Positions 10,339 to 21,869 of a stretch of 64,000 nucleotides of DNA are shown here, in pieces. Below the pieces are notes generated by a model, which was given only the letters and a program-made list of their open reading frames with translations, was not told the DNA's origin and made no database searches. The stretch's first letter is position 1. Each line of letters begins with the position of its first letter. Both the position numbers and the translations under genes were made by a program. The stretch is from Emcibacteraceae bacterium. Lineage in GTDB: Bacteria; Pseudomonadota; Alphaproteobacteria; Sphingomonadales; Emcibacteraceae. The stretch lies in the NCBI GenBank assembly GCA_016744185.1, contig JADGEY010000003.1:169-64168 (forward strand), read 5' to 3'.

Positions 10339-11772
10339 TTGAAGGTTGAAGCTAAGGCGCAAAAATCTGCTAAATGGTCATTGCTGGGAAAAGGGCTTTC
10401 TCAATTATTGAGTTGGGCGATTACTTTTTTCTTATTCAGTATCCTTGTTCCAGAGGATTATGGGTTTTTGGCATTAGCCGTTATTCTGGTTGCCTATTTT
10501 GTTGAAATTAATGATTTCGGTATGAGCGCTGCGCTTGTACAGCGAAAATACTTGCCTCATAATTTGATGAGAGCGGCGTTTGGTTTTATTTTAATCATGA
10601 GCGTTATCTCTAGCATTATTATTCTATTTGCCGCCCCTTTTGTTGCTGATTATTATGATATGCCAGAGCTTGTTCCTCTTATTCGCTTTACATCTTTACA
10701 AATTCTTGTTGGTGCATTTATGGTTCTTCCTAAAGCCCAAGTTATAAGAGAGCTTAATGGTAAGAAAAAAGAAATTATATTCATCTGCCGTAATGTTATT
10801 TTATCAATCGTAACGTTAATTCTTGCCCTTTCAGGGTTTGGGGTTTGGTCTTTTCTCATTGGTAATCTTATGGGAACTTTGACTGCAACGGTTCTTTTTA
10901 ATATTTATGCTCCCGTACATTATTTGCCGCTGTTTAGTTACCGCAAGGTTCGTTTATTGCTTAATTTTGGTTTCAATTCGATAGCCCAGAATATCATAGG
11001 AATGCTTAGCAGAACGGTAGATGTGCTTCTTTTCGGTAAATATGTAGGCAGTATAACGCTTGGATTTTATTCTGCTGCTAAAAATCTTGCGAATTTACCA
11101 TCGGAAAAATTTGGAATGGTTATTAAAGAAATTTCCCTTTCTGGCTTATCTCGTTTTAATGAAGACCCGAGTGCTTTTTCTTACCTGCTTATTCGGGGCA
11201 TTCGTTTGATGTCTTTTATTTTATTCCCTGTTTATATTGGCATAGCGTCCGTTGCCCCTGATCTTATATCATTTGCATGGGGAGATAAATGGGCTGATCT
11301 TATTATTCCGCTTCAAATATTATCTCTTGTCATGCCTTTGCAAATGTTCCTCGTGCCTTTTGGCGAGGCTTTGAACGCTTCTAATAACCCTTCTGTTTTT
11401 ACAGTGAATGGCTTTATTGTTCTTATTATCATGAGCATCTGTTTTTATTTTGGGGCAAGTCATGGCATTGTTGGTATCTCGCTCGCTTGGGCCTTTGGAC
11501 TTCCTATCGCTTTTTCTATTTCTATCTTTCGGGCTGGAAAATATCTTGGCGTAACCTTGTGGCAAGTTATAAAAGAATTTATGGGCCCCTTTACAAGTGC
11601 ATTATTAATGGCAGCAGGCATTTATTTTTTCAGGTATTTCATAGATGGATCATTAGGTTTTGGTCTCATGACCCTTTTAGATATTCTGCTGGGCGTTCTG
11701 ATTTACACCATATGCAGTTATTTTTTGTGCCGAAAGATTTTTTATGAATTTATATCCTTTGTGAAGAAATAA
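10339..11772 (+). CDS. polysaccharide/LPS biosynthesis flippase (MOP/Wzx-like)
   Basis: 477 aa with about 12-14 predicted TM helices and a typical Polysacc_synt N-terminal pattern (LLGKGLSQLLSW...FGMSAALVQ). TTG start per ORF track. Confidence 0.6.
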   Translation: MKVEAKAQKSAKWSLLGKGLSQLLSWAITFFLFSILVPEDYGFLALAVILVAYFVEINDFGMSAALVQRKYLPHNLMRAAFGFILIMSVISSIIILFAAPFVADYYDMPELVPLIRFTSLQILVGAFMVLPKAQVIRELNGKKKEIIFICRNVILSIVTLILALSGFGVWSFLIGNLMGTLTATVLFNIYAPVHYLPLFSYRKVRLLLNFGFNSIAQNIIGMLSRTVDVLLFGKYVGSITLGFYSAAKNLANLPSEKFGMVIKEISLSGLSRFNEDPSAFSYLLIRGIRLMSFILFPVYIGIASVAPDLISFAWGDKWADLIIPLQILSLVMPLQMFLVPFGEALNASNNPSVFTVNGFIVLIIMSICFYFGASHGIVGISLAWAFGLPIAFSISIFRAGKYLGVTLWQVIKEFMGPFTSALLMAAGIYFFRYFIDGSLGFGLMTLLDILLGVLIYTICSYFLCRKIFYEFISFVKK

Positions 11773-11808
11773 CCTGCCCTTGATGAAGCCCCTATTGTTG
11801 ATGAACCC

Positions 11809-12753
11809 CTATTTTTGATGAGGGAGAGCATTACGATAAACGTCCATAAGATAGGCTGTATCCACATCCGTATAATTCTGCGTTGAGCTAAGATTTTCAT
11901 GCCCTAAAAGCTCTTGCAAAGACCTAAGATCGCTGCCCGCTGTTAAAAGATGGGTGGCAAAACTATGACGCAGAGCATGGGGCGTTGCACTAGAGGGAAG
12001 CCCCAAATTTGCCCTGACCTTTTGCATGGCAAGCTGAATGATACGGGGGCTTAAACGGCCGCCTTTTGCCCCTAGAAAAAGAGCGCCATCTTCCATTATT
12101 TTATAGGGGCAGGCATGGATATAGGCTTCAATAGCTTCTTTAACCACGGGCAGCAATGGTACAAGCCGTTCTTTATTACGCTTGCCTAGAACTTTTATCA
12201 TTTCCCCACCGCCGAGGCTTTGACCATTTAAAGATAAAGCTTCCGAAATACGCAGCCCCGACCCATAAAGCAAGCTTACCACAGCGCAGTCCCGCAGCCC
12301 TATCCAGCTTTCTAAGGAATATTTATGAATATCTTTTAAGGCTTCTTTTGCTGCTTTCTCCCCTAAAGGGCGGGGCAGGCGGGGGGGCAGTTTTGGGCTG
12401 CGGATTAAATCAATAGCGTCATTGTGAAAGATATTATTTTTACGGCAAAATTTAAAAAATGCTCTCACCGCACTTAAAGACCGTGCCATGCTGGCAGGGG
12501 TAAGTCCTGCCCTGTGCCTGCTTGATAGGTAAGCTCTAAAATCTTTTGCTTTTAGATGCTGCAATGATTCCAAACTTAAAGAAGAGCCTAGATGCAGGGT
12601 AAGAAACTGTAAAAAATATTCAACGTCACGGCTATAGGCATTGATGGTATGAACCGATGATCTTTTTTCAGAAGTTAAATAATCATGCCATCTTTTAAGA
12701 GATGATCTAATCTTAGGCTGATATATTTTATCTAGGTTTTGATGATCTTCCAT
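11809..12753 (-). CDS. xerC: site-specific tyrosine recombinase XerC
   Basis: Catalytic residues in LRISEAL, HALRHSFATHLL and LGHENLSSTQNYT. Preceded by a DUF484 gene, as is typical for xerC. Confidence 0.8.
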   Translation of the reverse strand: MEDHQNLDKIYQPKIRSSLKRWHDYLTSEKRSSVHTINAYSRDVEYFLQFLTLHLGSSLSLESLQHLKAKDFRAYLSSRHRAGLTPASMARSLSAVRAFFKFCRKNNIFHNDAIDLIRSPKLPPRLPRPLGEKAAKEALKDIHKYSLESWIGLRDCAVVSLLYGSGLRISEALSLNGQSLGGGEMIKVLGKRNKERLVPLLPVVKEAIEAYIHACPYKIMEDGALFLGAKGGRLSPRIIQLAMQKVRANLGLPSSATPHALRHSFATHLLTAGSDLRSLQELLGHENLSSTQNYTDVDTAYLMDVYRNALPHQK

Positions 12754-12783
12754 AAAATTTAAGCTTCTTTCTTGGGCTAAATA

Positions 12784-13530
12784 TTACAGTCTCTTATTTC
12801 TTATATGTTGCAGCATGGTTGCTTTAAAACTATTTGCCATAAAGCATAAAAGTTCAGTCCCTTGCCCTGCATGAAAATAATCAGGGTCTCTGCTGCCAAA
12901 GGCAAGGATTGCTTCGGGTGAAAATTCTGTTGCTGCGATTCTAATGAGGGCTTCTGAATGAACAAGGCTGCTTGCCGAACCAAAAATATCTAACGAGACT
13001 TTCACATCGCCTCGTAAAATATTAAAACAAGCCTCGCCAAAATAATCACTAACCGTATTTTCCGTTAGGATTCGAATATTTTCAGATTTTAAATAGGAGA
13101 AATTTTCAGAGCGATCAAAACAGATGCTAACACAATCAATTTGTAGATTATCTGCCCAATCTTGCTTTACAATATGAAAAAGATGCTCTAGGTTTTCGGC
13201 TTCTAATAACGTAAGAACGGCCTCATGAATACGGGCCTGCGTAGAAAGATTATTACGGCTCGCATCAATGATTGATCCTTGATCAGATCGCAGGGTAATC
13301 ATTTGTTTTTGAAGTTTTCGTAAAATCATAGATTGCAAATCAACAACATTGTTATTTTTTTCTGCGAAAGCCTGATTTTCCGTAAAGGGCTGGGTCAGAA
13401 GAGATAAAAGTTCAGAATTTTTCTGAATAAAATCTGGATGGATTTTAAGATAATCTTTAACCATAGCAGCCGTAACATTGGCGGCACTATTTTTTGAATG
13501 GTTCTTATCGTTAGAATTATGCTTTGTCAT
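12784..13530 (-). CDS. DUF484 family protein
   Basis: 248 aa GAF-like protein in the conserved position immediately upstream of xerC. N-terminal VKDYLKIHPDFI is typical of DUF484. Confidence 0.65.
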   Translation of the reverse strand: MTKHNSNDKNHSKNSAANVTAAMVKDYLKIHPDFIQKNSELLSLLTQPFTENQAFAEKNNNVVDLQSMILRKLQKQMITLRSDQGSIIDASRNNLSTQARIHEAVLTLLEAENLEHLFHIVKQDWADNLQIDCVSICFDRSENFSYLKSENIRILTENTVSDYFGEACFNILRGDVKVSLDIFGSASSLVHSEALIRIAATEFSPEAILAFGSRDPDYFHAGQGTELLCFMANSFKATMLQHIRNKRL

Positions 13531-13549
13531 TTTATTTATTCAAAATAAT

Positions 13550-14203
13550 CTATGCGATTGTTTGACCTGTTTTTTCCCAGTCTTTTAAAAACCCTGCAAG
13601 ACCATTGTCCGTCAAAGGATGTTTGAAAAGCTGGTTTAAGACTTTGGCAGGTAAAGTTACAACATCTGCGCCGATCAGGGCTGAATCTGTGATGTGAACA
13701 GGATGGCGGGTGCTTGCCACAAGGATTTCTGTTTGGAAATCATAATTATCATAAATTTGGCGAATATCTGCGATAAGTGCCATGCCATTTTGCCCAATAT
13801 CATCATGCCGTCCGACAAAAGGCGAAATAAATGTTGCGCCCGCTTTTGCAGCAAGAAGAGCCTGAGCCGCAGAAAAGCAAAGCGTTACATTGACTTTAAG
13901 ACCTTGATCTGCAAAATGCTTGCAGGTTTTAATGCCGTCAACCGTAAGCGGCACTTTAAGGCAGATATTATCAGCGATATTATAAAGAGCGGCTGCCTCA
14001 CGCACCATTGTTTCATAATCAAGAGCGGCGACTTCTGCGCTAACAGGCCCATCAACAAGGTCGCAAATTTCTTTGGTTACTTCAAAAATATCTCGTCCTG
14101 ATTTCATAATAAGAGAGGGGTTTGTGGTCACCCCATCGACAAGCCCCGTATCATAGAGGGCGCGAATTTCATCAATTTCTGCGGTATCAAGAAAGAATTT
14201 CAT
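13550..14203 (-). CDS. tal: transaldolase / fructose-6-phosphate aldolase (type 3B)
   Basis: [13 protein letters not shown]...GVTTNPSLI signature. Start moved to ATG 14201-14203; the longer track ORF adds a non-conserved 28 aa leader. Confidence 0.88.
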   Translation of the reverse strand: MKFFLDTAEIDEIRALYDTGLVDGVTTNPSLIMKSGRDIFEVTKEICDLVDGPVSAEVAALDYETMVREAAALYNIADNICLKVPLTVDGIKTCKHFADQGLKVNVTLCFSAAQALLAAKAGATFISPFVGRHDDIGQNGMALIADIRQIYDNYDFQTEILVASTRHPVHITDSALIGADVVTLPAKVLNQLFKHPLTDNGLAGFLKDWEKTGQTIA

Positions 14204-14378
14204 TTTACATTTTCTCTTCATTAAAATAAATAATATAAGGGATTTGATTGTTTTTTTCAGGCTTGCCGATAAAATCATTAAGCCCATATTGCCCTATTTC
14301 ATTTTTAACATATATTAGGCACTCAGGTTTAGCAATTACTGCTTTTATAAAAGACAAAGAAAAGGTTTAAATATTTAA

Positions 14379-16589
14379 GTGTCACTCTTTATTCAATCAC
14401 GGGTTCAAATATTGCTGCCTTTGCCTCTTGGCATGCCTTTAGGCGGCGCGCTTGATTATATTTTAGAAGGGGATTTGGCAGAGCTGGACGCGGTAAAGCT
14501 TGGTGATTTTGTAACTGTGCCGCTATCAGGGCGCACCGTGCAAGGGGTGGTGTGGGATTTAAACCCTAGTGCTGATGGCTATGATATGGCAAAATTAAAA
14601 CCTGTGTTGTCAAAGTTAGAGCTGCCCCCCCTGCCCGATCTCTTAAGAGAATTCATTGATTGGGTATCAGCTTATTCTTTGGCGGATAAAGGCTCTGTTC
14701 TTAAAATGGCGTTAAGCGTTCCTAGAGCGTTTCACAGTGAGAAAAAGATCACTCTTTATAGGCTTGCGCCCAGCCTGCCTGAAAAATTAACCGCTGCCCG
14801 CCGCACGGTTGTTGATGCTGGGCAAGGCATATCTGGCTTAAGCATTAAAGATTGGGCTTTAAAGGCAGGGGTTAGCACGGGCGTTATTCGGGCAATGGTT
14901 AAAGCAGGAATGATGCAGGGGGAGGAGATTTCAGGGGAAAAGCCCTTTGCCGAGCCTCATGCGGATCAGGCAGGATATTCATTATCTAAGGAGCAGCAGC
15001 AGGCAGCAGATCATATGAGCGAGCTTGTAAGAGCGGATAAATTCAAAACTATTCTGCTCGAAGGCATTACAGGTTCGGGCAAGACAGAGGTTTATTTTGA
15101 AGCGGTAGCCGCCGCTCTTCAGCATTCAGAAAAGCCGCAAATCCTTGTGCTCGTGCCTGAAATTTCTTTAACTGCCCAGTGGCTAGAAAGATTTGAAAAG
15201 CGTTTTGGCGTAGAGCCGATTAATTGGCATAGCGAACTGACCCCCGCTCAAAGGCGGCGGGCATGGTGGTCGGTGATGACGGGGCAGGGCAGAGTTGTTG
15301 TGGGGGCAAGGTCTGCGCTTTTCCTGCCGTTCCAGAATTTGAAATTAATTATTGTTGATGAAGAGCATTCTGCAACCTTTAAACAAGAAGAAGGCGTGAT
15401 ATACCACGGGCGTGATATGGCGGTGGTTCGGGCGAGGGGGGCGGACTGCCCTATTGTCCTTGCTTCCGCAACCCCATCGTTAGAAACACTAATGAATGCG
15501 GATAGCGGCAAATATGATTGGCTCTATATGGGGTCACGTCACGGCGAAGCGGTGCTGCCCGATATGCATATTATTGACATGAGGCGTTATAAATTAAAAT
15601 CGGGGACATGGCTTGCAGAGCCGCTAAAAAATGCCATTCAGAAAACATTGGATAATAAAGAACAGACCCTGCTTTATTTAAATAGAAGAGGCTATGCCCC
15701 TCTAACTCTATGCCGTACATGCGGTCATAGAATGGAATGTAAAGAATGTTCTGCTTGGCTGGTGGAACATAGGAAGTTTGATAAATTAGAATGCCATCAT
15801 TGCGGCTATCATCAAAAAAAGCCCTCTTCATGCCCTTCTTGCGCAGCAGAGGGAGCAATGACCGCCTGCGGACCGGGAATTGAACGGCTTGCAGAAGAAG
15901 TAGAAGGGCTTTTTCCAGAGGTGAGAATAGCGGTAATGGCAAGTGATGAAATAACCAGCCCTGCGGCTATGCGAGAGATTATACATTCGATAGAGAATCA
16001 CGAGGTTGATATTATCATCGGCACGCAAATCGTCACCAAGGGCTATCATTTCCCTCTTTTAACTTTAGTGGGCGTGGTGGATAGTGATCTGGGGCTTGAC
16101 GGCGGCGATCCGAGGGCGGCGGAGCGGACGTGGCAGCAGCTAGAACAAGTGGCAGGACGGGCAGGGCGGGCAGAGCATAGGGGAAGAGTAGTGTTTCAAA
16201 GCTATATGCCAGATCACCCCGTTCTAAAGGCGCTGGTATCGGGAGACAGAGATGCTTTCTTGCAGCAAGAAGCGGATAATCGAGAGAATCAGAATATGCC
16301 GCCTTTTGGCAAGCTCGCAGCGATTATCATATCGGGCAGAGACAGAGACGCTGTGCTAACCGCATGCCGCATGCTCGCAAGATCTGCACCAAAGGGCGAT
16401 GGCTTTACAATTCTAGGGCCTGTCCCTGCGCCCATGTCGTACTTAAGAGGGCAGCACCGCTATAGGTTTTTGGTAAAATCGGATAAGAAAATTAATATTC
16501 AAAAGCTCATTCGTTTTTGGCTAGAGAATAATGGCAAGCCTAAAGCTGTGCGCATACAAATAGATATTGACCCCTATAGTTTTACGTAA
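14379..16589 (+). CDS. priA: primosomal replication protein N' (PriA helicase)
   Basis: Walker A GITGSGKTEVY, DEEH box, and Cys-rich zinc-binding insert (CRTCGHRMECKECSAWL...CHHCGY...CPSC). GTG start. Confidence 0.92.
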   Translation: MSLFIQSRVQILLPLPLGMPLGGALDYILEGDLAELDAVKLGDFVTVPLSGRTVQGVVWDLNPSADGYDMAKLKPVLSKLELPPLPDLLREFIDWVSAYSLADKGSVLKMALSVPRAFHSEKKITLYRLAPSLPEKLTAARRTVVDAGQGISGLSIKDWALKAGVSTGVIRAMVKAGMMQGEEISGEKPFAEPHADQAGYSLSKEQQQAADHMSELVRADKFKTILLEGITGSGKTEVYFEAVAAALQHSEKPQILVLVPEISLTAQWLERFEKRFGVEPINWHSELTPAQRRRAWWSVMTGQGRVVVGARSALFLPFQNLKLIIVDEEHSATFKQEEGVIYHGRDMAVVRARGADCPIVLASATPSLETLMNADSGKYDWLYMGSRHGEAVLPDMHIIDMRRYKLKSGTWLAEPLKNAIQKTLDNKEQTLLYLNRRGYAPLTLCRTCGHRMECKECSAWLVEHRKFDKLECHHCGYHQKKPSSCPSCAAEGAMTACGPGIERLAEEVEGLFPEVRIAVMASDEITSPAAMREIIHSIENHEVDIIIGTQIVTKGYHFPLLTLVGVVDSDLGLDGGDPRAAERTWQQLEQVAGRAGRAEHRGRVVFQSYMPDHPVLKALVSGDRDAFLQQEADNRENQNMPPFGKLAAIIISGRDRDAVLTACRMLARSAPKGDGFTILGPVPAPMSYLRGQHRYRFLVKSDKKINIQKLIRFWLENNGKPKAVRIQIDIDPYSFT

Positions 16590-16834
16590 AGTGATATAGG
16601 GATTAACTCTATGAAAAATATATATTTTATTTTTAGAATGCTCTATTATTTTTTGTGCTGGACGACCTATTCTTATAAAAAAGCTCATGGAGTCAAAATG
16701 CATCCTTGAAACCTCTAGTTTCTTATGCTAATCAAGGCTCGACTATATGTGAAATATATGTCTTTTAATCTAAAGGCATGATAAACTTCAGTTATAATCG
16801 CAAAAGTAAAATTCTAATTCAAGGAAGACATCAC

Positions 16835-17419
16835 GTGTCATCTGAACAGATCTTAAATATTGCTTCTGAAAGCCTTGTTATGTCGGGTCTTGCGGGTCGT
16901 TATGCGACTGCCATTTTCGATTTGGCGAAAGAAGCGAAAAAGCTAGATAAAGTTGCGAAAGAATTAAATTCTTTAAAGGCTATTTTAGCTGAATCTGCTG
17001 AGTTAAAAGACTTTACAATGAGCCCTATTATTTCTGCTGAATTAAAATCTAAAGCCATGGCAGCCGTTGTTGCAAAGGCAAAATTCAGCGATCTTGTGGC
17101 TCATTTTGTAGGAGTCGTTGCCGCCAATGGGCGACTTGATAGGCTCAGTAATATTATCTCGGAATTTTTGAGTATTCATGATCACCATAAAGGTATAATG
17201 AATGCTCATGTAGCGTCGGCACATGCGCTTACAAAAGCACAAATGACGGCGTTAAAATCTAAATTAAAATCACTGGTTGGAAAAGATGTTAATCTTGAAG
17301 CTGATACTGACGAAAGCCTCCTTGGGGGAATGGTTGTTCGTATCGGCTCTAAGATGATTGATACATCTTTGAAAACTAAACTTGCTAATCTTGAAGAATC
17401 AATGAAAGAGGTTGGATAA
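16835..17419 (+). CDS. atpH: F0F1 ATP synthase subunit delta (OSCP)
   Basis: [16 protein letters not shown]-terminal signature, first gene of atpHAGDC. Start set at GTG 16835, preceded by AAGGAAG 7 nt upstream; alternatives are ATG 16880 or the track start 16778. Confidence 0.85.
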   Translation: MSSEQILNIASESLVMSGLAGRYATAIFDLAKEAKKLDKVAKELNSLKAILAESAELKDFTMSPIISAELKSKAMAAVVAKAKFSDLVAHFVGVVAANGRLDRLSNIISEFLSIHDHHKGIMNAHVASAHALTKAQMTALKSKLKSLVGKDVNLEADTDESLLGGMVVRIGSKMIDTSLKTKLANLEESMKEVG

Positions 17420-17420
17420 T

Positions 17421-18950
17421 ATGGACATCCGCGCATCGGAAATTTCCAAAATCCTGAAAGAGCAAATTGCTAATTTTGGCGGCGACGCTGAAATTTCAGA
17501 AGTTGGTAAAGTACTATCGGTTGGTGATGGTATTGCTCGTGTTTATGGTCTAGATAACGTACAAGCTGGTGAAATGGTCGAATTTCCTGGCGGCGTTAAG
17601 GGCATGGCACTTAACTTAGAAGCTGACAATGTTGGTATTGTTATTTTCGGAAGTGACGCTGCTATTAAAGAAGGCGACACTGTTAAGCGTACGGGTAAAA
17701 TTGTGGAAGTGCCAACAGGTAAAGGTCTGCTTGGGCGCGTTGTTGATGCGCTTGGTAATCCTATCGATGGCAAGGGTCCGCTTAAAGATGTGAAGATGTC
17801 TTTGGTTGAGGTTAAGGCCCCTGGTATTATTCCTCGTAAATCTGTGCATGAGCCTGTTCAGACAGGTCTTAAAGCGATTGACGCTCTTGTGCCTGTTGGG
17901 CGGGGACAGCGTGAACTTATCATTGGTGACCGTCAAACGGGTAAAACAGCGGTTGCAATCGATACTTTCCTTAATCAGAAAAAAGCACATGACGAGAATA
18001 ATGAAAACGAAAAACTTTACTGTATTTACGTTGCGGTTGGACAAAAACGTTCAACAGTTGCTCAAATTGTAAAAACTTTGGAAGAACGTGGTGCGATGGA
18101 ATATTCTATCGTTGTCGCAGCGACCGCTTCTGAGCCCGCTCCGCTTCAGTTCCTTGCACCATACACAGGTACAGCGATGGGCGAATATTTCCGTGATGGC
18201 GGCATGCATGCTTTGATCGTTCATGATGATCTGTCCAAGCAAGCGGTAGCCTACCGTCAAATGTCACTTCTTCTGCGCCGTCCTCCTGGACGTGAAGCTT
18301 ATCCTGGTGACGTTTTCTATCTTCATTCACGCCTGCTTGAGCGTGCGGCGAAAATGGGTGATGCGGCTGGGAATGGCTCTCTTACAGCTCTGCCTATTAT
18401 TGAAACGCAGGCGGGTGACGTTTCTGCCTATATTCCGACAAATGTGATTTCAATTACAGATGGTCAGATTTTCCTTGAAACTGAACTTTTCTACCAAGGT
18501 ATTCGCCCTGCGATTAACGTTGGTCTTTCCGTGTCCCGTGTGGGCTCATCAGCGCAGGTTAAGGCGATGAAACAGGTTTCAGGAACGATTAAGCTTGAAC
18601 TGGCTCAATACCGTGAAATGGCAGCTTTTGCACAGTTTGGATCAGATCTTGATGCCTCAACGCAGCAGCTTCTGAACCGCGGCGCACGCCTTACTGAACT
18701 TCTTAAGCAAGCTCAATATTCACCAATGACCGTTGCAGAGCAGGTTGTTTCAATCTTCTCAGGCGTGAATGGTTATCTTGATGATATTGCGGTAGATGAC
18801 GTAAGCCGTTTTGAGCAAACTTTTGTTGCCGAGATGCATGCTAAACATAAAGATGTGATGGATGCTATTGCAAATGAAGGTAAGGTTTCTGACGAAACTA
18901 AATCAAAACTGAAAGAGATCTTAGGCAATTTTGCAAAAGATTTCGTTTAA
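17421..18950 (+). CDS. atpA: F0F1 ATP synthase subunit alpha
   Basis: P-loop GDRQTGKT, highly conserved alpha sequence. Start set at ATG 17421 ([12 protein letters not shown]), just after the atpH stop. Confidence 0.95.
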   Translation: MDIRASEISKILKEQIANFGGDAEISEVGKVLSVGDGIARVYGLDNVQAGEMVEFPGGVKGMALNLEADNVGIVIFGSDAAIKEGDTVKRTGKIVEVPTGKGLLGRVVDALGNPIDGKGPLKDVKMSLVEVKAPGIIPRKSVHEPVQTGLKAIDALVPVGRGQRELIIGDRQTGKTAVAIDTFLNQKKAHDENNENEKLYCIYVAVGQKRSTVAQIVKTLEERGAMEYSIVVAATASEPAPLQFLAPYTGTAMGEYFRDGGMHALIVHDDLSKQAVAYRQMSLLLRRPPGREAYPGDVFYLHSRLLERAAKMGDAAGNGSLTALPIIETQAGDVSAYIPTNVISITDGQIFLETELFYQGIRPAINVGLSVSRVGSSAQVKAMKQVSGTIKLELAQYREMAAFAQFGSDLDASTQQLLNRGARLTELLKQAQYSPMTVAEQVVSIFSGVNGYLDDIAVDDVSRFEQTFVAEMHAKHKDVMDAIANEGKVSDETKSKLKEILGNFAKDFV

Positions 18951-18986
18951 TATTAACAATTGGTAAGACAAGGGATTTAAGTCAAA

Positions 18987-19865
18987 ATGGCTAATCTTAA
19001 AGATCTTAGAAATCGGATTACAAGCGTTCAATCAACGCAGAAGATCACGAAAGCCATGAAAATGGTAGCTGCTGCTAAACTGCGCCGTGCGCAAGAATCG
19101 GCGGAAGCGGCACGCCCCTATGCTGAACGCATGGAAGCTGTTTTATCTTCGCTTGCAAGTTCTATGGTCGGGGCAGAGGGCGGACCGAAATTATTAGCAG
19201 GCACAGGGTCAGACCAAGTGCAAATGGTGGTTGTTGCAACGTCAGAACGGGGTCTTTGCGGCGGATTTAATACTAATATTGTCAAAGCGGCTCGGATTAA
19301 AATCAGAGCTCTTTTGGCTGAAGGTAAGACTGTAAAAATTGTCACGGTTGGTAAAAAAGGGGCTTCGGCTTTAAGCCGTGAATTTGGCAGTATTACCGTG
19401 AAACATTTTGATATGTCTCATGTGAAACGCCTTGTTTTTACAGATGCATCGCCGATTGGTGATTATTTGATCGCTTCATATGAGGCTGGTGAATTTGATG
19501 TTTGCTCGCTTTTCTTTGCCAAGTTCCAATCTGCTTTGACGCAAATTGTCACGGACTTACAGCTTATTCCTGCAACGTTTGATGCGGATAATACGGCGGA
19601 TCTTGGCGGCGCGTCATATGATTATGAGCCAGATGAAAATGAAATCTTAGAAGATTTATTACCTCGCAATGTTGCGGTTCAAACTTTCAGAGCGCTCCTT
19701 GAAAATGCTGCGTCAGAGCAGGGTTCTCGAATGACGGCGATGGATAGTGCGACCCGTAATGCTGGTGATATGATTGATGCCCTGCGCACGACCTATAACC
19801 GAACCCGACAGGCGGTTATTACAAATGAATTGATTGAAATTATTTCAGGCGCGGAAGCGCTCTAA
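18987..19865 (+). CDS. atpG: F0F1 ATP synthase subunit gamma
   Basis: MANLKDLRNRITSVQSTQKITKAMKMVAAAKLRRAQ N-terminus and ITNELIEIISGAEAL C-terminus. Confidence 0.95.
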   Translation: MANLKDLRNRITSVQSTQKITKAMKMVAAAKLRRAQESAEAARPYAERMEAVLSSLASSMVGAEGGPKLLAGTGSDQVQMVVVATSERGLCGGFNTNIVKAARIKIRALLAEGKTVKIVTVGKKGASALSREFGSITVKHFDMSHVKRLVFTDASPIGDYLIASYEAGEFDVCSLFFAKFQSALTQIVTDLQLIPATFDADNTADLGGASYDYEPDENEILEDLLPRNVAVQTFRALLENAASEQGSRMTAMDSATRNAGDMIDALRTTYNRTRQAVITNELIEIISGAEAL

Positions 19866-21311
<1,446 letters not shown>

Positions 21312-21335
21312 CATTTTTAAGTTTAAGGATTAAAG

Positions 21336-21749
21336 ATGGCTGATAAATTGCATTTTGAACTTGTTTCTCCTGAAAGACTTGTCCTTGCCCAAGAGGCTGA
21401 TATGGTTGTTGTACCAGGGACGGAAGGTGATTTTGCTGTTCTTAAAGATCATGCCCCTACCGTCTCTACGCTTCGGGCTGGAATTTTGCAGGTCATGGAT
21501 AGCGAAGGTGGTGATGCTAAGCTTCTTATCGTTGGCGGCTTTGCAGAGGTGAGCGGTGAAGGGCTTACCGTTCTTGCAGAAGAGACCTTTGCTTTAGATG
21601 GTATTGACCGTGCTTCTATGGAAGCTGAACTGCATGATTTGGAAGAAGATATTCGGGATGCAAAGTCAGATAATGACCGCAATATTGCGGCAAAAGCAGC
21701 GGATCGTATCAAGTCCATTTTTGATGTTTTGGATAAAATAGCAGCTTAA
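21336..21749 (+). CDS. atpC: F0F1 ATP synthase subunit epsilon
   Basis: 137 aa, last gene of the operon. LHFELVSPERLV N-terminus is typical of epsilon. Confidence 0.9.
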   Translation: MADKLHFELVSPERLVLAQEADMVVVPGTEGDFAVLKDHAPTVSTLRAGILQVMDSEGGDAKLLIVGGFAEVSGEGLTVLAEETFALDGIDRASMEAELHDLEEDIRDAKSDNDRNIAAKAADRIKSIFDVLDKIAA

Positions 21750-21776
21750 AAAAGACCCTATTATAGTATTGAAAAA

Positions 21777-21806
21777 ACCTCGTAGTTCCATCTGCGAGGT
21801 TTTTTA
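21777..21806 (+). terminator. rho-independent terminator of the atp operon
   Basis: 9-bp stem ACCTCGTAG / CTGCGAGGT (one G-U pair), 6-nt loop TTCCAT, then a T6 run. Confidence 0.8.
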
Positions 21807-21869
21807 TTGTTTAGTTAATTTTTTTCATTACTATAAAATCAATATTTATTTTAGAAAGAAAACTCAATC

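Noticed and set aside
13694-14101. 135-aa + strand ORF opposite the transaldolase gene
   Set aside because: It is antisense to a well-conserved tal gene. The sequence is Cys- and Arg-rich and low-complexity, typical of shadow frames.
14204-14287. 28-codon N-terminal extension of the transaldolase ORF
   Set aside because: Conserved transaldolase sequence begins at [10 protein letters not shown], and the extension is not family-like.
15571-16049. Two antisense ORFs (123 and 73 aa) within priA
   Set aside because: They are shadow frames of the conserved priA zinc-finger and helicase region.
17616-18044. 142-aa antisense ORF inside atpA, plus similar track ORFs at 17543-17773, 17806-18072, 18051-18260 and 18106-18330
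   Set aside because: They lie entirely within the highly conserved atpA coding region, on the other strand or frame. Their products have no motifs, so they are shadow ORFs.
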